Shown: positions 1-13,167 of the stretch, one piece after another
Position numbering within the stretch: position 1 is the first letter of the stretch
Layout of the letters: every line of letters begins with the position of its first letter
Assembly (NCBI RefSeq): GCF_963921235.1
Contig: NC_086108.1
Span: 38,194,001 to 38,258,000 of the forward strand
DNA from: Mobula hypostoma
Lineage: Eukaryota
Reading direction: 5' to 3'
Length of the DNA stretch: 64,000 nt
Notes under the pieces: generated by a model
Database searches by the model: none
The model's input: only the letters and a program-made list of their open reading frames with translations
Told to the model about the DNA's origin: nothing
Made by a program: the position numbers and the translations under genes

Positions 1-33
1 GAATTTCCAGCATCTGCAGAATTCCTGTTGTTT
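1..33 (+). mobile_element. 3' tail of a Penelope-like element running in from upstream of the window
   Basis: gaatttccagcatctgcagaattcctgttgttt is nearly the reverse complement of the terminus of the PLE at about 26334-26366. Confidence 0.7.
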
Positions 34-349
34 CCATACCATGATGACTGCTCCGACTAGAGACAACAAGGCTCCATGAAGCGGCGGTCCTCCAACCAGG
101 TCTAGAGATCACAAATGGCTGCTCTAGCATTTCACCGGTGGGTTGCTCGAAGGGGATACTGACAAGTTGAACCAGCACCCACACTCGATCCCAGGGCCAC
201 TTATATTCCCAGCCCAAGGACGAGCATCAGGTGCCTATGATTAAGCCCAATGGAAACAAGGGACAGCCGGAAAACCCGGAGTCCACGGACCGCACCGTGA
301 ACCGAAATGCCTTCTTCACGGACCAGACCATGACAGCAGGATGGTAGTT

Positions 350-3300
350 CAGACAATAGAATGCTCCTCCTGTGAGATGTTGGATTTCAGGTTACCTAAT
401 GGTCTTTCTAATGATGTCATCTGCAGGAGTACTCCTGATTGACCGGGACAAGGAACTCTAGCTGGAGCTAGACGCACTGAGGACAACCCGAATGGCTGAA
501 AACTTCATAGATGAGGCTTTATTGAGGTGGTCACACCCAAAGTGCAGGCTTCAGATAGTAAATGGGTGACTGCAAGGAGAAGTACGGGGAGTAGGCAGTC
601 TGTGCAGGGTTCTCCATGGCCATTCCCCTCAGCAACAAGTATACCCCTTTGGATTCTGCTGGGGGGGAGCGTCGACCTATCAAGGCACAACAACAGCACT
701 GTGCAACTCGTGGCACTGTGGTCAGCTCTGAGGATCAACAGGGAGGGGTAAAGATAGGCAGGTAGTGACAGGAGACTTGGTAAGTTAGGAGGATGGACAG
801 CAGAATCTGTGTTCAGCAGAAGAGAAGACAGGATGGTATGTTGCCTCCCAGTTGCTGGAGTCCAGGATGTCTCAGAGCAATTGCAAAAGATTCTCAAGAG
901 GGAAGATAAAGCCAGAGGTTGTGCTGATATTGGCACAAATGACATAGGTAGAAAGGAGGAAGAATCCTACGTAATGAGTATAGGAAGTTAGGAATGAGGC
1001 TGAGGAGCAGGAATAGAATGATGATACAGGTGAATGAGTGCCTGAGAAGCTGGTGCAGGGGGTAAGGTTTCAGATTTCTGGATCATTGGGATCCCTTCTA
1101 AGGAAGGTAAGACCTGTACAAAATGGATGGGTTACACCTGAACCCCAGGGGGAGCGACATTCTTGCAGGTTTGCTAGAGTTGTTGGGGAGGATTTAAACT
1201 AAGTTTGAAGGGGGATTGGAACTGGAGTGACAGGGCTGAGGATGGGACACTTGATATACAAGTCAATGCAATGTGTAGTGAGACTGTGAGGAAAAACAAG
1301 TAAATGATAGGGCACAATTGCAGTCAGTGGGTTGAGTTGAAGTGTAACATCAAAGAAAAATGAAAAGGGCTATGAATACAGCACTGAAGGTTTTATATTT
1401 GAATGTATGCAGTCTTAGGAATAAGGTAAATGATCTTGTAGCACAGTTAGAGTTGGCAGGAATGATGCTGTGAGCATCACAGAGTCGTGGCAAAAAGAAG
1501 GTCATAGTTGATAGCTTAATGTCCAAGGATACATGTATTGAAAGTACAGGCAGGTGTGGAGAGGGGGTGGTGTGGCTCTGTTGATAAACAACAAATCAAA
1601 TTCTTAGAACAAGGTGACATAGGATCATAAGACGTAGAATCCTGAAAGGTAGAGTTAAGAAATGGCAAGGGTAAAAAGACCCTGATTATACAGCCTTCCA
1701 AACAGCCAGCAGGATGTGAGATATAAATTTCAATGAGAAATAAAAACGACATGTAATAAGGGCAATGTTACAATAATCATGGGGCAGTTCAATATGCAGG
1801 TAGATTCGGAAAATCTGGTTAAAGCTGGATCCCAACAGAGGGAAGTTGTAGAATGCCTATGAGATGGCTTGTTGTTGAGTCCATGAGGGGAAAGGCAATT
1901 CTAGATCAGATGTTGTGTAATGAACCAGATTAGATTAGGGAGCTTAAGGCAAAGGAACCCTTAAGAAGCAGTGGTCATATCATGGAATTCACCCTGCAAT
2001 TAGACAGGGAGAAGCTAAAGTCAAGTGTATTGTTATTACAGTACGGGAATTACAGAAACATGAAAGAGATGCTGGCCAAAGTTGATTGCAAGGGGACACT
2101 AGCAGGGATGATGGCAGAACAGCAATGGCTGGACTTTCTGGGAGCAATTCAGAAGGCGCATGATTCCCGAAGATGAAAGAGTAAAGGGAGGATGAAGCAA
2201 CTGTGGCTAACAAGAAAAGTCAAAGAGAGCATAAAAGCAAAAGAGAGAGAGCATATAATATAACAAAAATCAATGAAATTGGGGAGCTTTTAAAGACCAA
2301 CAGAAGGCAACTGAAAAAACCATAAGAAGAGAAAGAATGAAATATGAAGGTAAGCTAGACAATATAATCAAGGGGGATACAAAACGTTTTTCAGATATAT
2401 AAACAGTAAAAGAGAGGTAAGAATGGATATCAGACCACTGGAAAAATGATACTGGGGAGATACTAATGGATGACAAAGAAATAGTGTTTGAACTTAATAA
2501 GTACTTTTCATCAGTCTTCACTAGTAGTATGCCAGAAGTTTGAGAGTCAAGGGACAGAAATGAGTGTAATTGCTATTCCTAAAAAGAAAGTGTTTAGGAA
2601 ACTGAAAACTCAGAGGTGGATAAGTCACCTGGACCAGATGGACTACACCTCAGGATTTTGAAAGAGTAAGCAGAAGAAATTGAGAAGGCATTAATAATGA
2701 TCCTTCAAGAGTCACTAGATTCTGGAATGGATCTGGAGGACTGGGAAATTGCATATGTTAGTCCATCCTTTAAAAAGGGAGAGAGGCAGAAAAAAGGAAA
2801 TTATAGGCCAATTAGCCTGACTTCAGTGTCTGGGAACATGTTGGAGTCCACTATTAAGGATGAAGTTTTGAGTACTTGGAGGTGCATGATAAAACAGGTC
2901 AAAGCAGGCCTGCTTTATCATGCACGTCAAAGTCAGTGTGGTTTCCTTAAGGGGAAAACTTGCATGACAAATCAGTTGGAATCCTTTAAGGAAATAAGAG
3001 GTAGGATAGGCAGAGCAGAGTCAGTGGATTTTGTTTACTTACATTTTCAGAAGGCCTTTGACAAAGTGCCACACATGAGGGTGTTTAACAAGCTAAGAGC
3101 CTGTGGTATTATAGAAAAGACACCAGCATGGATAGGAGATTGGCTGACTAGCAGGAGGCAAAGTGTCAGAATAAAGAATGCCTATTCTTCTTGTCTCCCA
3201 GTGACTAGTGGTGTTCCATAGGGGCAGTATTGGTACCACTTATTTTTATGTTCATGATTTGGATGAGGAAATTTATGGATTTGTAGAGAGTTTGCTGAAG

Positions 3301-3460
3301 ATTTAAAGATGAGGTGGAGGGGCAGCAGTGTTGAGAAAGCACGGAGCTGCAAAAGGGCTTGGACAGTTTGGGAGCATGGACAAAGAAGTGGCAGATGGAA
3401 TATAGTGTAGCAAAGCGTACGGTCATGCACTTTGGTAGTAGGAATAAATGTGTACACATA
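350..3460 (+). mobile_element. Degenerate CR1 LINE (ORF1 esterase-like; ORF2 endonuclease and RT), 3'-truncated
   Basis: ORF1 remnant VCCLPVAGVQDVSEQL...IGTNDIGR (809-991); RT remnant GNYRPISLTSVSG...DFVYLHFQKAFDKVPH...VTSGVP (2697-3221); many stops and frameshifts. Confidence 0.9.
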
Positions 3461-3720
3461 GGATCTTGAAACCGCTCACTTTTTCCAGTTCTGATCTCTT
3501 GATGAGGACTGGTGTGTGTTCCCTCGACATCCCCTGCCTGGTCCACAATCAATTCCTTGTTTTTATGAATATTGAGTGCAAGGTTTTTGCTGTGACCCCA
3601 CTCAACTAGCTGATCTATCTCACTGCTGTACGCCTCCTCATCACCATCTAAAATTCTAGCAGCAATAGTTGTGTCGTTGGCAAATTTACAGATGGCATTT
3701 CAGACACACAATCATGAGTT
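3461..3720 (-). mobile_element. Rex1/Babar-like LINE RT fragment
   Basis: Reverse complement reads KFANDTTIAARILDGDEEAYSSEIDQLVEW, homologous to the RT at 30811-31674. Confidence 0.7.
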
Positions 3721-4724
3721 GTAGTATATAAGGCAGAGCTATAGTCAATAAACAATGTCTAACACAGGTGCCTTTACTGTCCCCAGGCTGCAGTGATGAT
3801 TATAAGGTCAGATTTAGCTAAATCTCTCCTGAATGTTTCTTTTTGAACTATTTTCGCCACCCTCTAAAGCAATACATTCTAGATAGCTTAGAAGCAACAC
3901 TCCAACAAAAATCATTATTATTTTATATCCCTTTATCAAATCCTCTCTTAACCTTCACTGATCCAAAAAGAACGATCTCAGCTTTTCCAGTTTCTCTATA
4001 TAAATCAAGCTCTTCATTCCTGACACCATTAGAAATAAAATCTCCTATCAAAATATCCTGACATCTTTCCAAAAGTGCAGTCCCCAAACTTGGGGGAGAG
4101 TACAGTAGCTAATGTTTAAACCAGAGTTTAATTAAATGTTTAGCATAACTTCAATTTACTCTATCCCTCCAACAGTAAAGAGATCCATAAATGTTATAGA
4201 ATACTATAATATGTATGCAATGTGAAACAGCTTAATTTCCTGGAAAAGTGATCAATTACCTACCATATCATTTGCAAAGTTTGCCTTATTCCCAGAAGTA
4301 TATCCAGCAGTGCTTCTTTAATATTTGGATTTTGGGAAAATTGGGAAGTTTGCTATAGCATTTTTTCAGCTTTCCGTCACTGTTCCAGTTTTTTTTCCAA
4401 AGCACTGCAGTTATTGTACCTTTCTGTGAGTCGTTCAGAAGTCGTTTCTTCTATCCTCTCTACATTTTTGCCACCATTATAATTACCCACTTGCATAAGA
4501 AATTATTCTTCAATTTTCATTTTGAAGCTTCAGGTACATTATCCCTCTCCAGGACCATAGTTGATTCTCTGTTTAATTATGCCCTTTCTTCAAGGCAGAT
4601 CACTCCTGAATACCATCTAATCTGGAAAATGGAGCCAAACTGAAAGGAACATGCCAGCTGTTCAAAACACAGCTACCAGCATTGCCTCACATAAATGGCA
4701 AGAAAATTTGGGGTTTTGACCTGG

Positions 4725-5245
4725 TAAACACAGAAAAACTTACAAAATGTGGTGGATACAGCCCAGTCCTTCACGAGAAAAGCCCTCCCCACCATTGAAC
4801 ACATCTACAAGGAGTACTGCCACAAAAAACAGCATCAATCACAAAGAACCCCGTCATCCAGGACATTCTCTCGTCTCACTGCTTCCATTGGGAAAGAGGT
4901 GCAGGAGACTCTAGTCTCATACCACCAGGTTCACAAACACTTTTTACCCTTCAATCATCAGGCCCCTGAACAAGCTTGGCTAACTTCACTTACCTCAACA
5001 CTGAACTGATTCCATAATCTATGGACTCAGTTTCCAGGGCTCTACAACTCATGCTCGCGACATTATTTATTTATTTATTTTGCACAGTTACCGTCTTTTG
5101 CACATTAGTTGTTTGTCAGCCTTTGTGTGTAGTGTTCACTGATTCTATTGTATTTTGTTATTTCACTCTGAATACCTGCAAGAAAATGAATCTCAAGTAG
5201 AAGCATGGTGACAGATACATACTTTGATAATAAATATACTTTGAA
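4725..5245 (+). mobile_element. Rex1-like LINE 3' end
   Basis: VDTAQSFTRKALPTIEHIY resembles the C-terminus at 31693-31923; followed by a T-rich 3' UTR and an aataaa...tactttga tail. Confidence 0.65.
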
Positions 5246-6560
5246 AATCCATGTCATGTAAGTTTCTTGATTTACTTTCATTGTTCCTCCATCTTCTCTT
5301 ATTTGCCATGCTCTTCACTGTAGTCTATGTATTAGGATAAGCCACCTTCCTTACCCTTCTTTTTCATTCATGTTTTTGTTAATTCATGGTCTCACAATAG
5401 GAATTATATATACTGACTGGTGAAACAACTATTTCTTGTGTACTATTTAAAGTGTTTCCATTTGCTTCTCTGCATTGTTGTTACCAATCTTGTTGTCTAA
5501 TTTTAATTTTCAAATTCAATTTTTAATCTGCAAAATTATTCTGTTGTAATCTATTTTTCTAGGTCTTTATCATACTTACATTTATTATCCTTATGTGTAT
5601 TACCATTTGATCACTGTTGTTAAAATGATTCCCTATTTCTCCAACTGGCTCTGGGAAATCCTCAGTTTCTAAACTTGCTGTTTGGGTATTCATTCTAGTC
5701 CTTGTTTCCTCTTTGCTTACTTCTGGCTAAATCCTTCTGGAGAATAGTTCTACTATAATTAATACTATATTTAACTTATTAATTTGTTCTACATATTGAA
5801 CTTAACGAGTAGATGTTCTGAAGGCCTTCACTGAGGTGAAACACAAGACATGATTAAATAAACTTACAGCATAATTGATGCGAATTATACATTAGTATAC
5901 ACTGAGGAATAGTTGAACAGACTGGAAAGAGAGCAAAAGGATAAACAGGTTTTATTTTGGCTTTGGATAATTGTTGGGTTCCAGGGGGGTGGGTGCTGGT
6001 ATCCCAATTTAGATAATGAGATCTAGTGCAATTTATACAAATTTGCTGATGGTATTTTTTTGGGTGGCAGTATGGATTGTGAAAAGGATTTTGAGAGATT
6101 TAAGGAGGATACAGAATGGCCAAATGAATAGGAAAGACACGGTACTGTGTTGTGGTGTATTAAATGTTGTGAAATATTGGATGAATTTCTGAACAGCTCC
6201 AAGTAACCTTTATCTCTTTGTAAGCTTGCAGCATGTAAGGTGTCAAGATGTCTGTACAAGTTAAACAGTGTAGGTTTTTCTACAATGTCTAATGTTTGAT
6301 GAGACAGCTGGATTCTTTCCTGGCCTCGGGCACCAGTAGCTTGAGGATGTCTGCAATGAACAAATGAGTTGTTTGAATGAAAGAAATCATACTGAGTTAG
6401 TGGAATGAGATTAAAGTGTTTGTCTGTCTCTGTGTGTCTTGTGGAACCCTTATTTATTGTGGAGACCTATCATCAGTTCTTAGGGCTTCACTTAGACCGA
6501 TGAACACTCACAACACGCTGGAGGAACTCAGCAGGTCGGGCAGCATCCGTGGAAAAGATC

Positions 6561-6596
6561 GGTCGACGTTTTGGGCCGTAAGTCTTCGTCAGGACT
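6561..6596 (-). ncRNA. Minimal hammerhead ribozyme motif, probably inactivated
   Basis: Minus strand reads AGTC-CTGACGA-agacttacggccc-AAAA-CGTC-GACC; core GAAA is changed to AAAA. Confidence 0.55.
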
Positions 6597-7669
6597 GTAG
6601 ACGGAAGGGGCAGAAGCCCTATAAAGAAGGTGGGGGGAGGATGGGAAGGAGAAGGCTGGTAGGTTCCAGGTGAAAAACCAGTAAGGGGAAAGTTAAAGGG
6701 GTGGGGGAGGGGAGGCAGGGAGGGGATAGGCAGGAAAGGTGAAGAAAGAATAGGGGAAAACACAATGGGTAGTAGAAGGAGGCAGAACCATGACAACAAC
6801 AGAGACAGAGTTCCCCTTGTCCTCACCTACCACCCCACCAGCCTCCAGATCGAGCACATTATCCTCCGCAACTTCCGCTACCTTCAACAGGATCCCACCA
6901 CTAAGCACATCTTTCCTTCTCCACTTTCTGCAGAGATCGGTCCCTCCGCGACTCCCTGGTCCACATGTCCCTCCCCACGGAACACCCATCTGGCACTTAC
7001 CCTGTAAGTGCAAGTGCTACACCTGTCCCTACACCTCCTCTCCTACCACCATTCAGGGCCCCAAACAGTCCTTCCAAGTGAGGCAACACTTCACTTGTGA
7101 GTCTGTTGGGGTCACCTATTGCATCCAGCGCTCCCGGTGCGGCCTCCTCTACATCGGTGAAATCCGACGCAGATGGGGGGACCGCTTCGTCAAGCACCTC
7201 CGCTCCGTCCACCAAAACAGATAGGATCTCCCAGTAGCCACCCACTTCAACTCTGCTTCTCACTCCCATTCAGATATGTCCATGCATGGCCTCCTCTACT
7301 GCCATGATGAGGCTAAACTCAGGTTGGAGGAGCAACACCTCATATACCATCTAGGTAGTTTCCAGCCACTTGGTATGAACATAAAATTCTCCAACTTCCA
7401 GTAATTCCGCCCCCCTGCCTTCCCCTATCCCTATGTCACTCTGCCCCCTCCCCCAGCTGCCTATCACCTCCTTCATGGTTCCACCTCCTTCTACTACCCA
7501 TTGTGTTTTCCCCTATTCTTTCTTCATCTTTCCTGCCTATCACCTCCCTGCCTCCCCTGCCCCACCCCTTTATTTTTCCCCTGACTGGTTTTTCACCTGG
7601 AACCTACCAGCCTTCTCCTTCCCACCCTCCCCCCATCTTCTTTATAGGGCTTCTGCCCCTTCCCTCTAC

Positions 7670-7705
7670 AGTCCTGATGAAGGGTTCCGGCCCAAAACGT
7701 TGACT
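7670..7705 (+). ncRNA. Minimal hammerhead ribozyme motif, probably inactivated
   Basis: AGTC-CTGATGA-AGGGttccggCCC-AAAA-CGTT-GACT; core GAAA is changed to AAAA. Confidence 0.6.
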
Positions 7706-8590
7706 GATCGTTTCCATGGATGCTGCCCGACCTGCTGAGTTCCTCCAGCGAGTGTTGCTTTGACCCCAGCATCTGCAGACTATTTTGTGTTTACTTAGAC
7801 CAAGGAATTATGATCGATCTAGACCCAGACTGGTTTCATAAGTCGGAATTTGGAGTTCTCTCGACAACAGCAAAAATCAAGTCCCCCAACAGCACTGACA
7901 ATCAAGTTGCGACAAGAGTTGTGAGCCTCTAAACCTTTGTAACTTACTACATCATATTTTGTGTGGTTATTTATTGTAAGCTTTTCAGAACAGAGATGGT
8001 AGCAGGTCTTTTAAATTTTCTACCCAAGAGGGCTGCAAAGGTTCAGTATTGAGGAAATTCAAGCCAGAAATTGTTAGAAATGGAAAGTTGCAATCTCAGA
8101 ATGTCAGTTGCCATAAGCAGACCACATATGATCTAAGTGAAATTTTCTCCATAAATGACACCAACCCCAGAAGCAGTTTCCTTACAATGAGAATATGTTC
8201 TGAAACTTAACCTGTTTCTAGAAGGACATACTAAACATATTAGCACACATTTGCATTTGCATTCCCATTATTTTAGTGATTATTTTCTGTGGTTGCATGC
8301 CTTGTCTCCCTACAGTTTTCAAAAAACTGAAATATAGAAAAATAACTGCTGCCAAACCTTCTTTCTTCTGAGTATTGGTGCATTCACTAACTCAGCAGGA
8401 GGACCTGGAATACAACTCTAATGTTACATAAACTTTTTTTTTGCTGTTTTAGACTGGTAGCATTGTTTCTCTGCACAATCGCGAATACCAGTATTAAAGA
8501 TAAAGACTCTCACATCTATTAAACCTTCCCAGTGGTTTCAGATAACACAATATCACCAGTATTTTCAAAGCCAGAGATAACCTCTCAGAC

Positions 8591-9425
8591 AGCACTCATA
8601 AAAAATGCTGATGAACGCAGCAGGCCAGGCAGCATCTATAGGAAGAGGTACAGTTGACGTTTCGGGCCGAGACCCTTCCTCAGGACTAACTGAAAGAAGA
8701 GAGAGTAAGAGATTTGAAAGTGGGAGGAGGAGGGGGAGATCCAAAATGATAGCAGAAGACAGGAGGGGGAGGGATGAAGCTAAGAGCTGGAAAGTTGATT
8801 GGCAAAAGGGATATGAGAGGATCATGGGACAGGAGGCCCAGGGAGAAAGAAAGGGGGAGGGGGGAAGCCCAGAGGATGGGCAAGGAGTATAGTGAGAGGG
8901 ACAGAGGGAGAAAAAGGAGAGAGAGAGAAAAAATTAATAATAATAATAATAATCATAAATAAATAGATAACAGATGGGGTACAAAGGGGAGGTGGGGCAT
9001 TAACGGAAGTTAGAGAAGTCAGTGTGCATGCCATCAGGTTGGAGGCTACCAAGACGGAATATAAGGTGTTGTTCCTCCAACCTGAGTGTGGCTTCATCTT
9101 GACAGTAGAGGAGGCCGTGGATAGACATATCAGAATGGGAATGAGACGTGGAATTAAAATGTGTGGCCACTGGGAGATCCTGCTTTCTCTGGCGGACAGA
9201 GCATAGCTGCTCAGCAAAATGGTCTCCCAGCCTGCGTCGTGTCTCGTCAATATATAGAAGGCCTCACCGGACACAGTATATCACCCCAGCCGACTCACAG
9301 GTGAAGTATCGCTTCACCTGGAAGAACTGTCTGGGGCCCTGAATGGTGGTGAGGGAGGAAGTGTAAGGACATGTGTAGCACTTGTTCCACTTACAAGGAT
9401 AAGTGCCAGGAGGGAGATAGGTGGG
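8591..9425 (-). mobile_element. 5'-truncated Penelope-like (Neptune) fragment, same family as 26337-29607; 12-bp TSD
   Basis: AACCTCTCAGAC at 8579-8590 and 9426-9437; high similarity to about 26376-27195 (GIY-YIG region and 3' UTR). Confidence 0.9.
8652..8687 (-). ncRNA. Minimal hammerhead ribozyme motif
   Basis: Minus strand reads AGTC-CTGAGGA-AGGGtctcggCCC-GAAA-CGTC-AACT; core intact, one mismatch in helix I. Confidence 0.7.
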
Positions 9426-9462
9426 AACCTCTCAGACTCCAGCAATATCTATTCCACCACGT

Positions 9463-9464
<2 letters not shown>

Positions 9465-9512
<48 letters not shown>

Positions 9513-9538
9513 ACACACACACTCACAGACACACACAG
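9465..9538. repeat. (CA)n microsatellite
   Basis: Direct reading. Confidence 0.97.
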
Positions 9539-10364
9539 CTCTCGCCTTTTTAAATTAACATAGTGCTCCTCTCCTCTGTTATAGTTCTGATCGGCCCATC
9601 GACTGGGCTACATAGTGCTGCAAAGTCCAAATGTCTTTTCTCCAATATTCCCTTCGTCAAATACTCCATTGCACAGCATTGTAACATTCTAAAGCTTTAT
9701 CTATTGCAGTATTTGCACTAACAATGAGAGTTTGAGAGCATTAGAAGCCTCCCATAAATCAACAGTCCAACCAAAATATTGCATCTACCAGGTAAAATAT
9801 CATTACTTTACAAAACCATGGATCTTCCAGGGAATCTGTCCATTTTGTGCAAACACCAATGAGTAATACCACATCTACAGCACAAATTAAGCTAAAGGTT
9901 CCACGTTGCCTAAGGTAGTAATAAATATTCTAATGAGTTCTGACTGCATTTGTCCAGCTAACCCTATCAGCATACTTCTCGTTAACTTTCTTCAATCTTT
10001 TGTTTGATCTTATTTTGATTAAATACACAATAGAAAATGAAAGACAAAGGTTAGTGCACAAAATTAATACTGAAGTACAGCATCATGTATTATCATTCTT
10101 TCAAATGAAGTGCAGAACATTACAATTTACTTCGATAACTTCTACCTTGAAACAGTACAGCTCAGGAATTGAGGTGAAGCATCTTAACTCTAAATGGAAT
10201 CTGTAATTGTTATTTTGTTCGATGTTTCTGTTACAAGCTTTTACATTTCTGCTGTTTTAAAGAGTACAGGTATCTTGAATAACAATGCTATTAAAATTAA
10301 ATTACTGTTCATTTTATTTTATTTACTTTGTTCAAGAAGTGCTTTAAGTGTAAGCCAGGAAATT

Positions 10365-11245
10365 AAGTCAGTTAGCCTGCCATTAGACATGGGTAAATTA
10401 TTGGAAGACATTCTAAGGGACAGGATATATAATTATTTGGATATTAAGTACTTGATTAGGGATAGTCAACATAGGTTTGTGCTTGGTAGGTGATGTCGAA
10501 ACAAATTTATAGAGTTTTTTTTGAGAAGGTTAGCAAGAAGAGTGATGAAGGAAAGGCAGTGGACATTGTCTATATGGACTTTAGCAAGGCCCTTGACAAA
10601 TTCCTACATGGGACGTTGGTTCAGGGTGTTGAGTTGCTTGGCATTCAGCATTAAGTAGCAAATCGGATTCAACATTGGCTTTCTTGTATAAGATATTGGT
10701 AAGATCAAATTTGGAGTATTGTGTACTGTTCTAGTCATCTATCTACAGAAAAGTTATCAATAAGTTTGAAGGAGTGCGGAGAAAATTCATATAGATTTTG
10801 CCAGGACTTGAGGACCTTAGTTATAGGGAAAGGTTAAATAGGTTTAAACTTTGTTCTCCAGAGCATAGGAGTATGAGGGGAGATCTTGTAGAGGTATACA
10901 AAATTATGAGGGCTAGAGATGGGGTGAATGCATGCAGGCTTTTCACCTCAAGGTGGCTGAGACTAGAACTAGAGATCATGGGTTTCGGGTGAAAAGTGAA
11001 ATATTTAAGTGGGGTATGAGGGAATCTTCTTCACTCAGAGAGTGGTGCCAGTGTGGATTGGATAGCCATCATAAGTGATAGATATGGGTTCAATTGTAAC
11101 ATTTATAAGAAGGTTGGATAGGTACATGAATGGATGAGTTTGGAGGATATAGTCCAGGTGCAGGTGGATGGGACTACACAGAAGATCAGTTCAGCTAAAT
11201 GGGTCAAATTATCTGTTTCTGTGTTCTCGCTCTATATGACTCTAA
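10365..11245 (+). mobile_element. Old, internally deleted CR1 LINE fragment
   Basis: MGKLLEDILRDRIYNYL...IRDSQHRFV and PGLEDLSYRERLNR...MRGDLVEVYKIM motifs; CR1-type 3' UTR. Confidence 0.85.
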
Positions 11246-12798
11246 ATGTGTGAATCCTTTACAAAGAAAACATAAAAACCATTCAATTGATCATATTTTG
11301 ACTGAAGGAGCCTTTAATCACTTGAACAGTTTTCATACACTTATTATCTGAGATGGTCTTTCAAAGCAATTCATGGTATTTTATTACAAGGCAAAACTTC
11401 ACTGGGTTTGTGGCACAAATTTACTCTTTACTTAACAATTAACTTGAAGGCACTACAGCACAATGGATTGGATTAGGATATTGTCCTTTTACCAGATTCT
11501 GGTTGAGTTCAGGGTGATGGGATGAAAAAGTATTTTGCTAGCTGCAAGGTATGTCTTTTGCTAACTGTGAGGTATGAAAAGTAATGAATTTAATGAGTTC
11601 TCAGTAGTTGTAGATCCACAAAACAAAATTGGAAATGTTGTAAATGTGAACATTAAAAAGAAAACCAAAATGTCATGTTGGTACTGTAGTTGGCTCTTCT
11701 GTGTAACCAGAATTGAATTCTTTTCAGGAAAAATCAAGGAGCATTTCAGAATGTATTGACCAGTTACAGATGAAGTAGAAGTGTTTAATGTTGATGCATG
11801 GAGGCAAAACTTACTGTCTTTGCTAATTTTAGTCAAACATATGATCTGACTATAAAGTGATAAAATACATCTCCAATAAAGTTAGCTAGAATAGGAATAT
11901 CATCCACAGCTGCTAGCTACAAATTTTTTATTTGTACTCCATTTACTTAAATTTTCCAGTTTCCAGTAAGAATCTTGGGCTGCCCACTTGGACTCAAGAA
12001 GACAGTGGTATTGCTGTAAGAGTTGTGGAATTTCATCTGACACTGCTTCCAGGTTTCTGGATTTCATTTTAACTACTGATAGCTTTCACTACCAAAATCC
12101 TTAGTGAATTCAAGGTAAGCCATACCATAGGCTTTTCCAAGTCTAGCAGAGGTAGCAATGCAAACTTTCATTTAGCATTTCATCCAGCATATCCCACTGC
12201 TCTTGTCACATCCCTCCCTCATAAACAATGACCATTTTATTTCTGCTTAATGTGTTCTCCTCGCATCCTGGTGCAAATTATTTCCTTGCAGCTCTCTGCC
12301 TCATTGACCAAGTTATTATGGCCAGTTTGATAATTCTGAGAACCTGGCCAGCTGAACCTCCTTCCCATCTATTCAACCACAGAACTCTACAATTGTGCAT
12401 GCTAATATGCTTTAATAAGATGGAGCCCCACAAGAACTGAAGCTCCAGCAACAAGACAAATCAATTCCTCGGGTGCTTGTTTTAACTACCAATTATCATC
12501 AAATCTGCAGTCATTACATGGGTAACACTTGTAAAGCATAGAAATGTTTGTTTCAGTAATGAGTAAAACCTCTGCTTTTGGTTTTGTATTGTTGCATGTA
12601 CTAACATACAGTAAAAAAGCTTTTCTTAAAAGACTCTTGCAGGAAATGGTTATCACAGGAGAGCCCAACTTTAAACGCAAGGATGGAAATTACAATGGAC
12701 ATTTACAAAATGGAGAAGATAACAGCATCTGTCAATCATAAGTTGGAACAATTTGATTCATACTGGGAAAAAGGGTTTAACTACATAACACCCCATAG

Positions 12799-12987
12799 AA
12801 GAAGAAGAATAGCCCTTAACTCAGCAGTGGAGTTACCGGGCCACCATCATGATGGTGTTTCCGTAGCAAGCTATTCTTGTTTTTACGAGACCGAGTTGCT
12901 AGCTTGACGCTCAACCCAACTTGCATTCGAACTCGGGAACCTTCACTCCACAGTCCGGCGCTGATATTATTGCGCCACCAAGCAGGT
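12799..12987 (-). mobile_element. tRNA-derived SINE with 14-bp TSD
   Basis: ATAACACCCCATAG at 12785-12798 and 12988-13001; minus-strand A-box-like TGGCGCAATAA, B-box-like GAGTTCGAATGC and (CTT)n tail. Confidence 0.85.
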
Positions 12988-13167
12988 ATAACACCCCATA
13001 GGCCTGAATTTTATTCTCACAAATCAATGATTATGTTGTAAAAAAAAAATCACTCCCTACTTGTACAGTTTTCTTCTTGTTTGTTCTTTGTTTTCTTTCT
13101 TTTCCTTAAGTGTATACCTCAGATAAATACTATGTGGAGATTTGAGGCAAACATGAATATATGATAT

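Larger units (their letters stand above)
6499..7792 (+). mobile_element. 5'-truncated Penelope-like element with an inverted copy of its 3' terminus at the 5' end; 9-bp TSD
   Basis: ACTTAGACC at 6490-6498 and 7793-7801; about 6500-6792 is the inverted copy of about 7473-7755; the body encodes RVPLVLTYHP and GIY-YIG remnant VTYCIQRSRCGLLYIGEIRRRWGDRF. Confidence 0.9.

Noticed and set aside
34..350. GC-richer segment, possibly a TE 5' region or LTR piece
   Set aside because: No diagnostic termini or coding motif; cannot be classified
12915..12987. tRNA gene
   Set aside because: No complete cloverleaf; it is the head of a TSD-flanked SINE
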